Part shown: in pieces, positions 1 through 13,155 of the stretch
Position numbering within the stretch: position 1 is the stretch's first letter
Layout of the letters: each line of letters opens with the position of its first letter
Assembly: GCF_018977255.1 (NCBI RefSeq)
Contig: NW_024704765.1
Span: forward strand, 4,154,001-4,218,000
Direction of reading: 5' to 3'
DNA: 64,000 bases
Source of the DNA: Callorhinchus milii
Lineage: Eukaryota
The notes under the pieces: generated by a model
The model's database searches: none
What the model saw: only the letters and a program-made list of their open reading frames with translations
What the model was told of the DNA's origin: nothing
Position numbers and translations under genes: made by a program

Positions 1-244
1 AGGGCACATGTGGAGATACTCATTATTCAAAGTCAAGGGGAAGTGCCCACCTGCCCACTGGGTATTTCTGGTCTCTGCCCCCGACACTATACAAATCAGG
101 CTCCTCCACCAGCTGCTGTGGCCAGAGTCTCTCGGTGGTGTGTAGGCCTTCCCTCGCTCTCTGCCTCTTTCCAGTCCTGGCGACCAGCGATTTCTGAAAC
201 CCCCAAATCCAACCCAGCCTCTGTCACCTTTCATGTCGGGAAGG

Positions 245-585
245 ATAATAATGATTTTTGCATTTGATATAACGCCTTATCGCAACTTCGAAACATCTCA
301 AAGCTATTCACAGAATATACTGTAAAGTGAAGTGACTGTACATTTTGAGGGCAAAACATGGCAGCCAATTGCGCACAGCAGTGTCCCACAAACAGTCATG
401 GATTAAGTGACCAATTTTTTTTTGAAGAAATTATTACACCTGGAAAAGCAATCCGCCGATCGACTTAACAACCGGGTTCCAACTTACTGCTGGGTAAATA
501 CAGGTGTGTGGAGTAAGGAAACTTGCCCAATGTTTCACCCTGCCAGGAATCAAACCCAGGTCTAACCACTGAGCTACAGGACTCC
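245..585 (-). mobile_element. Full-length tRNA-derived SINE (ATT tail, L2-like 3' end)
   Basis: The reverse strand reads tggagtcctgtagctcagtggttag (A box)..ggtttgattcc (B box)..gtgggacactgctgtgcgcaattggctgc..atcaaatgcaaaaatcattatt. Same family as the many copies listed below. Confidence 0.85.
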
Positions 586-1356
586 AGGATTCCTCAAAGT
601 GCTTCACAGGATTTACTGAAAACTGTATTGTGTACGTGCAGCCATTCTGCACAAAGCCAAGAAGTGAATGACCAATTTTATCTAGGGGCTCGTTGGCCAG
701 AAAACTCTCTGAACAACAACTTACACTTACACAGCGCTTTTCACGTCAGGAGGACGTCCCAAGGCACTGGATAGTAAAGGGTTTGTACCCAAGCAAGGAG
801 AGCAAAGGGGATGGGAGGATGACTGTGCTGGTAGATCTTGAGACAGGATTTGAAGGAGGTGAGGGAGGAAATGAGGCAAAGGGACTCAGAGATAGAGGCT
901 GAAGGCCCAACCATGGGGTGTGCCATGGGATCTTCAACATTCACCTGTTTATGCAAACACAGCACCTGTGACAATGCAGCACTTCCCCACTCCCCCCCAC
1001 CCTACTGCTCGAGGGGTCACACCAGACTGAGAGTGTAAAATTGTGATTTGGGTGGATTAAACCCATGACCATTTAGCCGTGAGGTGAGAGCGTGACCGCT
1101 TGAGCCGAGCGGGTACATACGGCTGTTCAGATCTGTTTCACTGCCGTGTTACAGCTGCGGCACCTCCGTGTCTCATTAAACAAACAGTACAAGAGTATTA
1201 AACAAACTCTTTAATACAAATTAATGCAAAGTCCCATCCAGCAGCATCAGCCATCCCACCACCTCCTTTTCTTAAACCTACTGCGAGTCGGTGCGCGGCA
1301 CAAGTCAGTCTGCTCTCCCCTGTCACCGTGAGCGTTGCCTTCAAGCCTCCGAGGTC

Positions 1357-4300
1357 ATGTGGCTCCTGCTGGCCGTTGTGCTGTGCCTTGTGGCACAAGC
1401 CGCAAACACCAGCAACATTGCAGCAGCGTTCAGCTTGCCGGGAGATTACGTGATCGGTGGCTTGTTCCCGATCCATTATGCCCAGCCTAACGGTGTGAAC
1501 CAATCCGAGCCCATCACTCCAGACTGTCAGAGGTCAGTAACACACTTTATGCCTTTTTTTAAACACTGTACCGATCAATAACATTTACCTGATCAGCGCA
1601 AGGTGTCCATCAAATAATTTGGTCGCTCAATCCACGACTCTGTGGGACACTGCTGTGTGCAATTGTCTGCCGCGTTGCGCTCACAAAATACACGGTCACT
1701 GCACTTTAAAGTGTATTCTGTGAAGTGCTTTGAGACGTCTCAATGATGTGATAAGGTGCTATATCAAATGCAAGAATTACTATTATTAACTAACGGCAGT
1801 TACCACAGACCCAGCTGAGCCAGGCAATGGGTGAGCTGAGGTTGTGCTGCTCTGTGTATCAAGGGGGCAGCGGGGCGTGAGGGCAGGATATTGCTAATCC
1901 TGGACTGTCTGAAAGTTGTGACCAGCGGTGAAGCCTGTGTTTATTCGGCAGGTGAAGGGTTACTGGTTGAGGCTTCCTGCCGCGGTTGGCAGCCAGGGTT
2001 TGCATGACCAGAGATGACTCCCTCCCGGCCACAGGCCTAGTATTTGCATTCCTGGAGCAGATTTTCCTAATGTTTGCATTGGCCGAATCCGGCTCCTCAC
2101 CACAACCTCATGTCACCATCCACTCCCCAGGTGCCGGGGTCAGTGAGCAGCCACGGGGTGGGGGGAGGAGTGGGGCAGTGAGCGGCCAGCCCGGGGGGGA
2201 GGCGGGGGTCAATGATTACCAAGGATAGAGTCTTGAGGGACACCGCACGAGGCTGTTTGTGAAGACAAAGTGGAGAGAGTGTGAGAAGTGGGATCTGAAC
2301 CAGTCAAGGACAGGACCACGAAAGTTGAGATGAGAGGATATTTTTTGCCCACAAAATATACAGTCAATTCACTTTACAGTGTATTCTGTGAAGCGCTTTG
2401 AGACCTTCTCGAAGACGTGATAAGGCGCTGTATCAAATGCAAGGATTATTATTATTATAGAGGAGAGGTGGTGGAGGAGGATAGATTGGTCAACAGTGTC
2501 AAAGCAAGTTGTTGTTGTTGTTAAATGTGTTTCTCAGGTTCCCGTTTTACATGAACATGTATGTGAATAGTCAGGCCATGCGCTTCGCTGTGGAGGAGAT
2601 CAACAGTGACCGCCGGCTTCTGCCGGGGGTGCGGCTGGGCTACAACATTGCTGACACCTGCTTCCAGTCCGTGGACGTGCAGACCACACTCCACTTCCTG
2701 TCCGCCCGCCACCTGCCATCTCCCGGCATCCCGACCCCAGCTACCAACACTGATTACCAGCCTGGAGTGCCCATCTCTTCTAACTACACCAGCTACCAGC
2801 CCAATGTGATCGCCATCATCGGCCCCGCCTCTACCACCATCACCGTCACCATCGCACGCTTCCTTGGCTACTTCCTTGTTCCTCTGGTACATTCCCTCAC
2901 CCTTCACACCCTCCATCACACTCTCCCCTCCTCCCTCACACACTCCCCTCCTCCCTCACACACTCTGTCACGACTGCTCTCCGAAAGAGTTTTCCACAGT
3001 TATTAAAATAAACTGGCTGCCAAATTAAGGCTGAATTTAAGAATTTTGCACATTTCTGCTCCAGTCTTATGGGGGATGTTTCCCTGGGCGGCTTCTAGTA
3101 TCTTGTTTGAAGTGGTCAACTTGTGTGTGTATATGTGGGCGGGTGGGGAAGTGATGTGTGTGGGGGAGGGGGGAACCAAAGCCAAGGCCAGCCTAAAGTT
3201 CGGGATTCCGGGAGCTTTGCCATAACGACAACACTGAGTGGGATTCTCCTGCCGCCTCCTCCTCCCCACAGATCAGCTACGCAGCCTCCGGAGAGGTGCT
3301 GGGAAACAGGATCCGCTTCCCCTCGTTTTTCCGAACCATCCCGAACGACATCAAGCAGGCGGAAGCCATGGCGCTCCTGATCCAGGAATTTGGCTGGAAT
3401 TGGATTGCGGCTGTGGGGAGCGACAATGAGTACGGCCGGCAAGGGATCAACAAGGTGGTGGAGCTGGTGACGGGCGCAGGCACGTGTGTGGCGTATCAGG
3501 CTATCATCCCCTCTTCCCGCCCTGAGCTGGTGCACATGCTCAATGAGATCTCCGCCAGCGTCAATGTCACCGTGCTCTTCTCTAGTCGGCTGGCTACCGA
3601 GCGGCTGTTCCGGGTCCTCACTGAGCTCAACGTGACAGGGAAGGTGTGGATCATCAGCGAGACGGTAGCTCTGTCCGAGGACATCGCCCGTATCCCGGGC
3701 GTGGCGGCCGTCGGCACCGTCCTCGGCATCGCCATCAAGGAGGGCCACATGGAGGGTTTCCGGGAATTCCTGGCCAAAGGCGCTGCCTCCGAGCCCAGGG
3801 GAAGCTGTGATCAGGAATGCCGGCGGCTCCTGGCTCCGGCTGGACGGAGCGCCGAGTCACCAGAATACCATGTGGACACGCGTGTCTCGTACAACGTGTA
3901 CGTGGCTGTATACGCCATGGCTCACGCTTTACATCAGCTGCTCCAGTGCGAGCAGGACCGGTGCTACCATCCACGCGCCGTCTACCCCTGGCAGGTACGT
4001 GCTCACACCTCCCCTCATGCTCGCCCTCGCTCCATCTCCCCCCACCCCCGCATCCCACCGCCCACATTTGTCTCCCCCAGGAGCCCTCATCTTGTCTCCC
4101 ATCCCGTCTCTCTGAAGTTGTATCTGCTCCTGTGTTCTAGTTGCTCAGCAGTTTGAAGAAGGTCAGATTCCTGCTGTCCAATGAGACGTTTTACTTTGAC
4201 GAGACGGGCGACGGGCCGAGTGGCTTTGACATTGTGACGTGGCAGAGCCAGGGCCATGGCATCCACTTCCAGACCATAGGCTCCTACCTGCCGCTGACCC

Positions 4301-6669
4301 ATCAGCTGGACATCGACCGATCCTTGATCCACTGGCCTCACAACTCCACCTACGTGAGTCCTGCTGGCCCGACTTCAGGCCAGAGGCCATTCCTAAACAA
4401 CAACAAACTACACTTACACATCTCAAGGCACTGGACAGCCAGGGATTTGGACCTGAGCTGGGGGTTGGGATCAGGGGGGAGGAGGAGGAAAGGTGTAGGG
4501 GTGTAGGAGGGAGACTGAAGGCACGGTCGAAGAGGAGCGTCTTGAGACATGCCTTGAAGGAGGCAAGGGAAGGAGCGAGGTGAAGGGACTGTGGAACGGA
4601 GTTCCAAAAGGTGGGGGCAGAGAGGCTGCAGGCCTGACCACCGATGGTGGCGCGGGCCAGGTGCGGGACATGGAGCAAGCCAGAGCCCGCTGAGCGGTTG
4701 TGCTTAACTGCCCATTGCAGCTCTCGCTGACAACAGGCTCCGGTGGGTGAAACGGAGGGGCATTTCAGGGGGAATGGGGGTTTGGGTGCTCGGAACTTCA
4801 GGATTGGGGCCATGAACTGACTGCTGCCCATCTCGCCAGGTGCCCGTGTCTCATTGCTCAGAGTCGTGTGGGCCGGGGCAGAGGAGGATTCCTCGCGGAT
4901 TTCACAGCTGCTGCTTTGACTGTGAAGATTGTCCAGCAGGAACATTCCGGAACCAGAGCGGTCAGTGTTCTGTATCCTATTGAGCTTTATCCTGTGACCA
5001 TGTTTTTTTGTCGGCGGGTGTGTGACTCAGTGGAAACCCATTAGCCTGTTTGAGTATCTGAACCAGACCACGGACTAGACGGAATCTCTCTGAGGAGGAC
5101 GCAGTCTGCTCACCTACTCCGAGAGAGTATTAAGTGCAGGTTGGCAAGAGCCAAGGCTTGGGATCCCAGAGTGTGAGTTAAGAGTCACTAATGGAGTTTA
5201 ATCAGGAAAAAATACATAGCTTGCCCATGAAGAGCACTGTCTGGCAAGCTGACAGCTGCTTGTCTAGCGAGGACTACCCTACCTGCCAGGGCTTTGGCTT
5301 GCAGGGTTAACAGGAGTTGAGTGGGAGGATTCAATGAGCCAGGCTGAGCTACTATCAGCAGTGTCCTAGAATACTGTGGACCTGCCTGGCTCAGGAACCG
5401 GATAAGGACCTACACAGATGATGGACCTGATGCTGATATTGTGTTGTATGCGCATCACCGTGCAGACAGCTCAGCTCCGAGGAGACCCTGCTTATTCCCC
5501 ACCCCCCCTTCCCCCAAGGAGGAATCACTAGTTGGTTAACTGCACCTGATTTGAGCCTCACTAGTTGGATGGCAGGTACCCTGTGGGCAGTGTAGCTCAG
5601 CATGTAATGTGTGAGAGCATTGCCACTATCTCCCTGTCCACAGCTCACTACACATTGATGGTTGCACCAGTTGGAGGTGCAGAGCTAGAATTGAGGTAGA
5701 ATGCGCCCCCTGGCTGACGCTGCCGTTACCATTACAGATCCCTATGAGTGTGCGGCCTGCCCGTGGTGGCAGTGGTCTCCGGCGCAGAGCGAGCGGTGCC
5801 TGGATCGAGCTGTCCAGTACCTATCCTGGCAAAACCCACTAACTGTCCTCCTGCTGCTGGCAGCAAACAGCGGCCTGGCGCTCACTGTGACCATCAGCGT
5901 GGTCTTCGCCTGGCAACTGGACAGCCCCGTGGTCAAGTCAGCCGGAGGCAGGATGTGCTTCGCTATGCTGGCCTCCATGCTCTGCGGCTTCTCCTGCGTC
6001 TACCTGTTTATCGGCAAGCCCAGCACCACACTGTGCCGCGTCCAACACCCCATTTTTGCCATCAGCTTCTCCCTCTGCCTGTCCTGCATCCTCGTCCGCT
6101 CCTTCCAAATAGTTTCCATATTCAAAATGGCGTCCAGCTTGCCTCGGGCCTACAAGTTTTGGCTGCGCTACAGCGGTCCCGGCCTGTTCGTGGTGCTCAG
6201 CACTGCCCTGCAGCTCACCATGTGTGTGGCCTGGCTGGTCGCCGAGCCCCCCAGCCCCAGGACACTGCTCACAGGCAGCATAATCGCGCTGGACTGCAGC
6301 ACGGGCAATGTGGCCGGCCTGGCTCTCAGCTTCCTCTACATTGTCCTCCTGACTGGAGCCTGCTTCCTGTTGGCCTACATCGGCCGGGACCTGCCTGAGA
6401 ACTACAATGAGGCCAAATTCATTGCCTTCAGCATGACTTTGTGCTTCGTCTATTACATCCTATACATGGCTTCCTTGGTCACCCCCACACAGCAGGTCTA
6501 CACCTCGTCTATACGCACCTTCCTCACCATTAACAGTGCCGCTAGCGTGGCCTTGGGCTACTTCCTGCCCAAATGCTACATTATCCTGTTCCAGCCCCAG
6601 CTCAACACTGCTGCCCACTTCCAGTCCTGCCTTCAGGACTACACCAAGAAACAAAGCGAGGGTCAGTGA
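1357..6669 (+). CDS. Taste receptor type 1 family (TAS1R) class C GPCR, 6 coding exons, 837 aa; subfamily unresolved (TAS1R1/2-like clade, possibly TAS1R6)
   Basis: Exons 1357-1532, 2538-2886, 3272-3994, 4141-4353, 4840-4960, 5738-6669. All introns are GT-AG with consistent phases; total 2514 nt. Signal peptide MWLLLAVVLCLVAQA; motifs GDYVIGGLFPIH, AMRFAVEEIN..LLPGVRLGY, ISYAAS, FPSFFRTIPND, FGWNWIAAVGSDNEYG, VYPWQLL; 121-nt cysteine-rich exon (VPVSHCSESC..HSCCFDCEDC); 7TM exon with DLPENYNEAKF, GYFLPKCY and LNTAAHFQSCLQDYT. AATAAA at 6802. Confidence 0.93.
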
Positions 6670-7914
6670 GACCCCCCCCCCCACACCCAACGAGGGTCAC
6701 TGAGATCCTCTTCCCCCCTCCCCAAAATCCCACCCAGTGCTCTGTAACGATCTGCCTTGTTTTATGTGTGTAGCTGTGCCATGTGGCCAGGTCAACAAGA
6801 CAATAAATAAACCAACAACTGAGCCTCTCATCCATTCCTTCAAAATCTTTGTGAAATTTTGCTGACTTATTGTCACTGACGCCACCCACACCCTCCGCCT
6901 CAGCCACTAGATGGCCTTACAGCACCAGCACAGGCATCGCCCACCGGAGAGGAGGTTCTCTTCCAGATAAACACTGATGTTAACAATTTGGGGTCTGAGA
7001 AGCCAGGTTTTACCCCCTTCCCTCCTCTCCCCTCAACCCAGGGGCTCTAAGGTCCATCATTGTCCCACTGCTGTCCTGGCTGAGGTCAATACAACAACAA
7101 CAGCTTAGATTTATACAGTGTCTCCACGCAGGTCTTGCAGAGTTTAACAGTGGTGGCGCTTGATGCCGAGCCACTGAGAAGAGAAAGGTGATCACAAGCA
7201 CAGTCGAAGAGGAAGGTCTTCAGGCGTGATCTGAAGATGGGGAAGGGGATTAAGGCCGAGAGTTCTATGGTTTGGGGTCATCGTGGCTGAAAGCACGGCC
7301 GCCGATTGTGGAGTGGCGGCAACAACAGACATGCAGGAGGCTGGATCCAGCCGAGCGGAGGCAACGGGTGTTCAGTGGGGAGGAAGTGTCTCCGAGAGGT
7401 CAGGAGGTGGCAGGACACGAGGGCATTTGCTCAACAACTCAGCCAGAGCAGGCATTGAAGGCATCACCCTCCTGTGTGCCGCAGAGCCCATCCCTGCCCA
7501 GCCTGACTCCGAGTGGGAGGCTGGGTTATCAGCAGTTTATCACCCGGGTGCCCTGTGCAAGAGGCGTTCTGGGGAGTCATCACACTCCAATTGGCAATAA
7601 AGAAGCATTACTTCATACAAGTCAAAGGTCCTGTGTACACAGAGCACAACAGATAAGTGAGCGAATGTTTGTCCCAGTTTCCTCATCGATTGTGGAGTAT
7701 TTACTGCTGTCGGGTTTGCACCTTGGTTTTATTTCTGAGAAACGCTGACAGCCAAAGCAGCTGTCCTTCCCCCCACCGCCCTCGGTCACTCTTTTTCCTG
7801 TATTATATTCTTCAGTTGCGGCACACACTCAATGTCGGTGAGTTTCTAGACTTCCTGGCCCCTTTGATCAATATTCAGCTCATTCCTTGAGCCTACTTGC
7901 CTCAGCCCTCAGCA

Positions 7915-8020
7915 TTCCCTTCCCTTGCTCAACTCCCCCTCCCCTTGCTCAACTCCCCCTCCCCTTGCTCAACTCCCCCTCCCCTTGCTCAACTCCCCCT
8001 CCCCTTGCTCAACTCCCACC
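7915..8020. repeat. 20-bp minisatellite (ccccttgctcaactccccct) x~5
   Basis: Direct inspection. Confidence 0.9.
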
Positions 8021-9109
8021 GCACCCCTCTCCAATGCACCCTCCCTCTTATCTTGAACCCACAACCTTCAGAGGCGAGAGTGCTACTGCTGCACCCGGCT
8101 GACAGATGGGAATAAAGTGTCATTGAAACAGTGAGGGAAAAAATACTCCCCATCCCCACAAACACATACAGCCATAGCCCCCCACATACACTAACATACA
8201 CACACAAACACACAAAAGTAAAGCTCACACAGCTCCAGGTGAAGTTTAAATAATATAATTACAGATTTTCCAGTAACATTGCACACACTGGGTGTGGAAT
8301 AGGGGGCCTGTGACTGACCACAACCCTCGTCACAAGCTCCAACCTCCCTCACCTTCGGGGGTGGGGGTGGGGAGAAGAACTGAAGCAGGAATTCTGGCTG
8401 ATTTCTCCCCCTCCTGGGACACGCAAGTGTGACAGTTACAGGGGGACAGAAAGAGGCAGTGAATTACACTGCCCCCCCCCCACCATCCCCACCTCACTGA
8501 CGTTCACTGGTTTACAAATTACTCCTCCGAACAGGGACAAACAGAAATAACAATAATAATAATAATAATCCTTGCATTTGACATCTCAAAGCGCTTCACA
8601 TAATATACCGTAAAGTGTAGTGACTGTATATTTTGTGGACCAAATAGCAAGAGCTGGCCTTCATTGAGCTTCCCTGAGCTGGTCCGAACTAAATACACAC
8701 AAACTCACTGGTTTATACAAAGTCTGATAATAATAATAATTCTAATAATAAAAATAACAAAACAAATTGCTTCCTCCCAACAAGAGGCTCAAGTCCAACA
8801 TCGAAGGAATCAACGTTTGTCATAAAATGTCATCTGAGTGATGTTATGTTGACGTCGACCCCCATCCGAGCTGCAAGTGATCCCCATGACACACACCACT
8901 GGAGAAAGGATGGGGGTCGCTGGAGGAGCCACAACATGTCCTAGGGGCCTCTCCATCCCCCTTCCAAATGGTCCATCGTCTCTGTCTTCACTCCGCCTCC
9001 CGGTAAAGTGCAATCATTGGAACAGCCGGTGACGCTGACCGATCCGCCGGACTCTGGAGAAAACCGATCTCGCCAGAGAAACCGCCTTCTGCTGCCTATG
9101 GTGGTGGGG

Positions 9110-11107
9110 CTAGGGAAAGGCGGCGCGGGCGAGGGAGCAAAGTCCGGTGGCCTCAGTCCCGCCACTCGGCGCTGCCTTGCTGCTCTCCGCGGCACAGCTG
9201 TCCAGCTCGAGTGCGGCAGCGAAGGCTCCGTCTGCAATAGGGTCGTCGGCGACGAAGAACCTGTGGAAGCGGTGCAGGTAGGACGGCTGCTCGGGCAGCA
9301 GGTAGTAGTGTGTGTTGCTGACTCGCCGTCCCGCCTCGATGATGGGGAGGATACAGGGCACGTGGGGGACCACCGGGTGCCCATCGCTGTTCTGTCGCTG
9401 CAGCACTTTCCTGCTGACGTACTTGGGGTCGGGGGCGAAGCTGCGAGTGGGGGGCATGACCCCATTCAGGTAGGCAGGAAGGGTCTTGGGGCTGGGGGTC
9501 CGGGAGTTGGCACTTGGCACTGGCTCCCGCGGCGGAACCTTGGGGGGCCGCTCCTCCTCACTGTAGGAGCCGGTCACCTCGGCCGACCAACGCCGGTGGT
9601 CCGATTTGACCAGCCGCGGGGGGATTGGTACACGGGGAGGCACCTCCGGCTTCCCCTCGCCCCTGCCTGGCGAACAGCGTCGCCCGGACACATTCACCGG
9701 CACCGGCTTGTGGAAGGCTCCAGCCGGACCCGAATGCGATCGCTGTAGCCGCCGGTTCCGTCTCTGCCGCTCGCCCCCGGCTCTGTGCTCCGTCTCGCCC
9801 TGCTCCGGAATAGGGGGGCTGTACTGCCCCCGGACCCCCACACCACACTCAGAGTAGGCGTGGTTGGTTTTGCCGGCGCCTCGGAGGCTCCTCTGGCCGG
9901 CAGATACGGGTCGGAACTCCAACAGGTTCTGGGTCTCGGAGCTGGTGATTGATTCCACCTCACTGTCCACCTCGTCAGAGGACTCGTAGCCGGGCCAGGG
10001 TAGGGGGGGCAGTGGCCGGGAGCCCCGCTCGACCGGGGTGAGGGGGGGAGACAGGGGGCAGCCAGTCAGGGACAGCGCGCGGAGCGGGGGCAAGACCGGT
10101 GTTGAGCCCAAGATCGGTGATGAAGGCATTATCAGCCGCGACGGCGGCTTTATCACTGACGTTCTCAGGCAGCAACTCTCGCTTAGGTCCCAGTCCTCAG
10201 CTTCCTGTCCTGGGAAGAGAATTACAGAAACCAGAATCAGAAGCTGAATCTCACGCTCACACTTGCCCACGTCGCACACTTGCCCACGTCGCACACTTGC
10301 CCACGTCGCCGACGCACCTGCATACTCGCCCTAGCACAGCACGCACGCACGCACACACACACAAACACACATACCCGCACACTGGTCCAAGCACATACAC
10401 GCTTGCGTTTAGTTGCCCCGCGCACCCTCGTGCTCGCACACTACTCACCGTGCTGTGCCAGAGGTGCGATGTACGGCTGATGATGGGGCTCGGCTCCCAG
10501 GCCACACGTCACTGAGGAACTGTCTCCAAAATATATGCTGCAAATCAGAGGCCAAATGGTCAGCGCCACATCGGCAAAGTTCTAACACCCACCCAGAGTC
10601 GCTCCGCCTTGCCCCCTCCCTTCCCACCATTAAAGATGATCTAAAGACCTTTACTTTGGGCCACAGTCTCTTCTCTGGAGCCAAATTGCTGACAATGGGA
10701 GACCAGAAATGTTGTCCCCGGGGGTGCAAAGCGGTGCCCTCGTCGCGGGGAAGAGGAGCTGTGCCAGGAGGTGGGGGGGGGGGGGGCGGGGGTGAAATTG
10801 GAGAGTTACTCCCCCTTCAGCCACTACGCCCCGAAACTCTGGAACTCTCCCTCTTAATCCTTCCCCCACCTTCAAATCCTGCTCAATTCATTTTGATCGT
10901 GTTCACGGTCACCTCCCCCATCTAGTTGTCAGACTCCGCCACTGTGAGGCGCTCTGGGACTCTACCCCGCGTGAGGGGCGCTATTTGAATACAAGTTGTT
11001 ACTCACGTTTCCATGGGGCTGGGGGGATTCCAGTACGGCTTGCTGCCGATGACCTCGTGTATGAAGCAGTTACTGAGCGGGAAATGGATCTCCTGCGCTG
11101 TCGACAT
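9110..11107 (-). CDS. ERRFI1: ERBB receptor feedback inhibitor 1 (MIG6), ~429 aa, 3 coding exons
   Basis: Exons 11107-11007 ([15 protein letters not shown]), 10537-10449 (acceptor less certain; 10519 is also in phase) and 10209-9110. Motifs [47 protein letters not shown], and the EGFR-binding region [58 protein letters not shown]. Adjacent to SLC45A1 as in other vertebrates. Confidence 0.93.
10258..10310. repeat. 17-bp tandem repeat (cacacttgcccacgtcg) x3 in ERRFI1 intron
   Basis: Direct inspection. It explains the spurious N-terminal extension of ORF 9110..10294. Confidence 0.85.
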
Positions 11108-12849
11108 GACGCTTCTCTGGGAGACGATGGGAACCTCGTGGCTCAGCACGTTCCCACCATTACTGTATCACAGGGAGAGAGAGAGAGAGAGAGACCATTA
11201 ATCATGCGTCATCCTCTCCCTCCCACACCGGCAACCGAGCCCCACCTCCCACACCCCAGCAACCGTAACCCCTCCGGCAACTGAGCCATCCCCACCCCAA
11301 GCAATGAAGCCTCATTTGTCTACAAAACACACCGTTCACTATATTTTACAGCAAATTGTGAAAGGTCCTGTACCAAACCCAAAAATTACTATCGAATACA
11401 ATAATAATATAAGGAGCTGGATTGAGCCACTATGGGGCAGTATATAGTTGGGTGGGGGGGCAGAGGAGAAGCTGTGGGGGGAGATGGATGGGAATGGGTG
11501 GGGGTAGGCCTCACTCACAGCAACATCTCAGCTGTTGAGGAACATCGGCAGCTTCCGGTAACCAGTGAGTAACCGAGAAGAGCAGTTGTGAATCACACAC
11601 GGGCTGGAATGTGCTGGGACGGGGGAGGGGAACAGGTCTCCGCACGGCTGACAGTGAGTAACAGCAGCTTTGGCTCCTGCACCGTGTGTGTATACGTGCC
11701 CTGCCACTGCACACAGTGTGGGTGTGTGTATACGTGCCCTGCCACTGCACACAGTGTGGGTGTGTGTATACGTACCCAGCCACTGCAGTGTGTGTGTTCA
11801 GTACCTCGGGATGTCCTCCTGACGTGAAAGGCATTATACTAATGTAATTTGTTGTTGTTCCATGTCTCCTGCACGCAGCTATGTGCACACGTGTGCCTGG
11901 TCGTTGTACACAGCTACGTGTATGCACATGCACAGTCCCTGTACACCTCTGTGTGTATACATACGCGGCTCCTGCAAACAGACATGTATACACGTGCACA
12001 GCCTCAACAAATCTCAGCCACTCTGCCTGACGGCAGCTGTGTGCAGTGGGTGTGTACGTGGATACACACAGTTGTGTCAAGAGCTGTACACAAGTATTCA
12101 TACACAGCTGTGTACATGTGTGCACTACCCCAGCACATAGCTGTGTATACGTGTGCACAGTCACTGCACACAGCTGTGCGCAGGTTTCAGTAAATCTCAG
12201 CCACTCTCTGCCTAAAGCCAGTCAGTCAGTAATACCCGCACTAAACAAACAGCTTCACCCGGTAATTAATGAGAAAGCAGAATAAATGCAGCAAACATCC
12301 TGGCATTTGATGCAGCGCCTTATCGCGTCTCCGAGACGTCTCAAAGCGCTTCACACGATATACTGTAAAGTGAATTGACTGTCGATTTTGTGGGCGAAAA
12401 CATCTTGAGCATTAAACCTGAATCTGGTGCTAAAGCAATGGTGTTTTTTTTTGGGGGGGTTGAAAAATCATTTGCTGATTACTTGGGAGGGGGTGTGGGG
12501 GTGTGGGGTGAGGGGGGAGTTGTCGTTTGGTTTTAAAAAAAAGTTTTGGTTTAAATTGGGGGGAAACAAAAAGTTTGAGAAAGTTTGGGAACCGCAATTA
12601 AACGCTCCACTGCGCTGCCAACAGAACACGGTGGGGTTCGCGGCGAAGTACAGGTACACACTCAAACCAGAAAACAGAGAGGGGGGAGAGAGAGAGATAG
12701 AAGGAGAAAGAGAGGAAGAGGAGAGAAAGAGAGAGAGGGAGAGAGAACCCCCACAGTGCCCACAAACTGCAGTCGGAGCTGCGGAACAAAGAGGTGAGAC
12801 AACAGCGCAGCGCAGCCAAATGGGCAGCGTTACACAGTCACTTACTTAC

Positions 12850-13075
12850 CCACTGGTGAGAAGGATTATTATTATTATTATTATTATTCACACGGCAGTC
12901 ATTCTCCTCTCTCCCAGACTGAATCCAGTCCCTCTGTCTGTGTCTCTGTTTGACTGCGCGTCTCTGGTGTCGGTGTCTCTGTGTCTCTCTCTCTATTTGG
13001 TTTAAATGTCTCTGTGTTGCAACTCTCTCCGCAGTTTTGCTTAATAAGCGGCTGAGGGTTGAGCTCTCTCCGCCC
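12850..13075 (-). other. Candidate 5' non-coding exon of ERRFI1
   Basis: Strong donor G|GTAAGTAAG at 12850/12849 on the minus strand, in unique sequence ~1.7 kb upstream of the first coding exon acceptor (11162). The 5' boundary is a guess. Confidence 0.3.
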
Positions 13076-13155
13076 ACACACCACCCCTCAGAGTGACAGC
13101 GGCTTAAACAGGCAACACACTGCCTCCCACTCACAGCTCACCGTGTGTTTCCTTC

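Noticed and set aside
9008-9748. 246-aa plus-strand ORF antisense to ERRFI1 (similarly 3116-3748 and 4163-4945 antisense to TAS1R)
   Set aside because: Shadow ORFs of GC-rich coding exons or L2 fragments, with no recognisable protein features.
10449-10511. Alternative ERRFI1 exon acceptor at 10511
   Set aside because: A 63-nt exon breaks the phase between the flanking exons; acceptors at 10537 or 10519 keep the frame.
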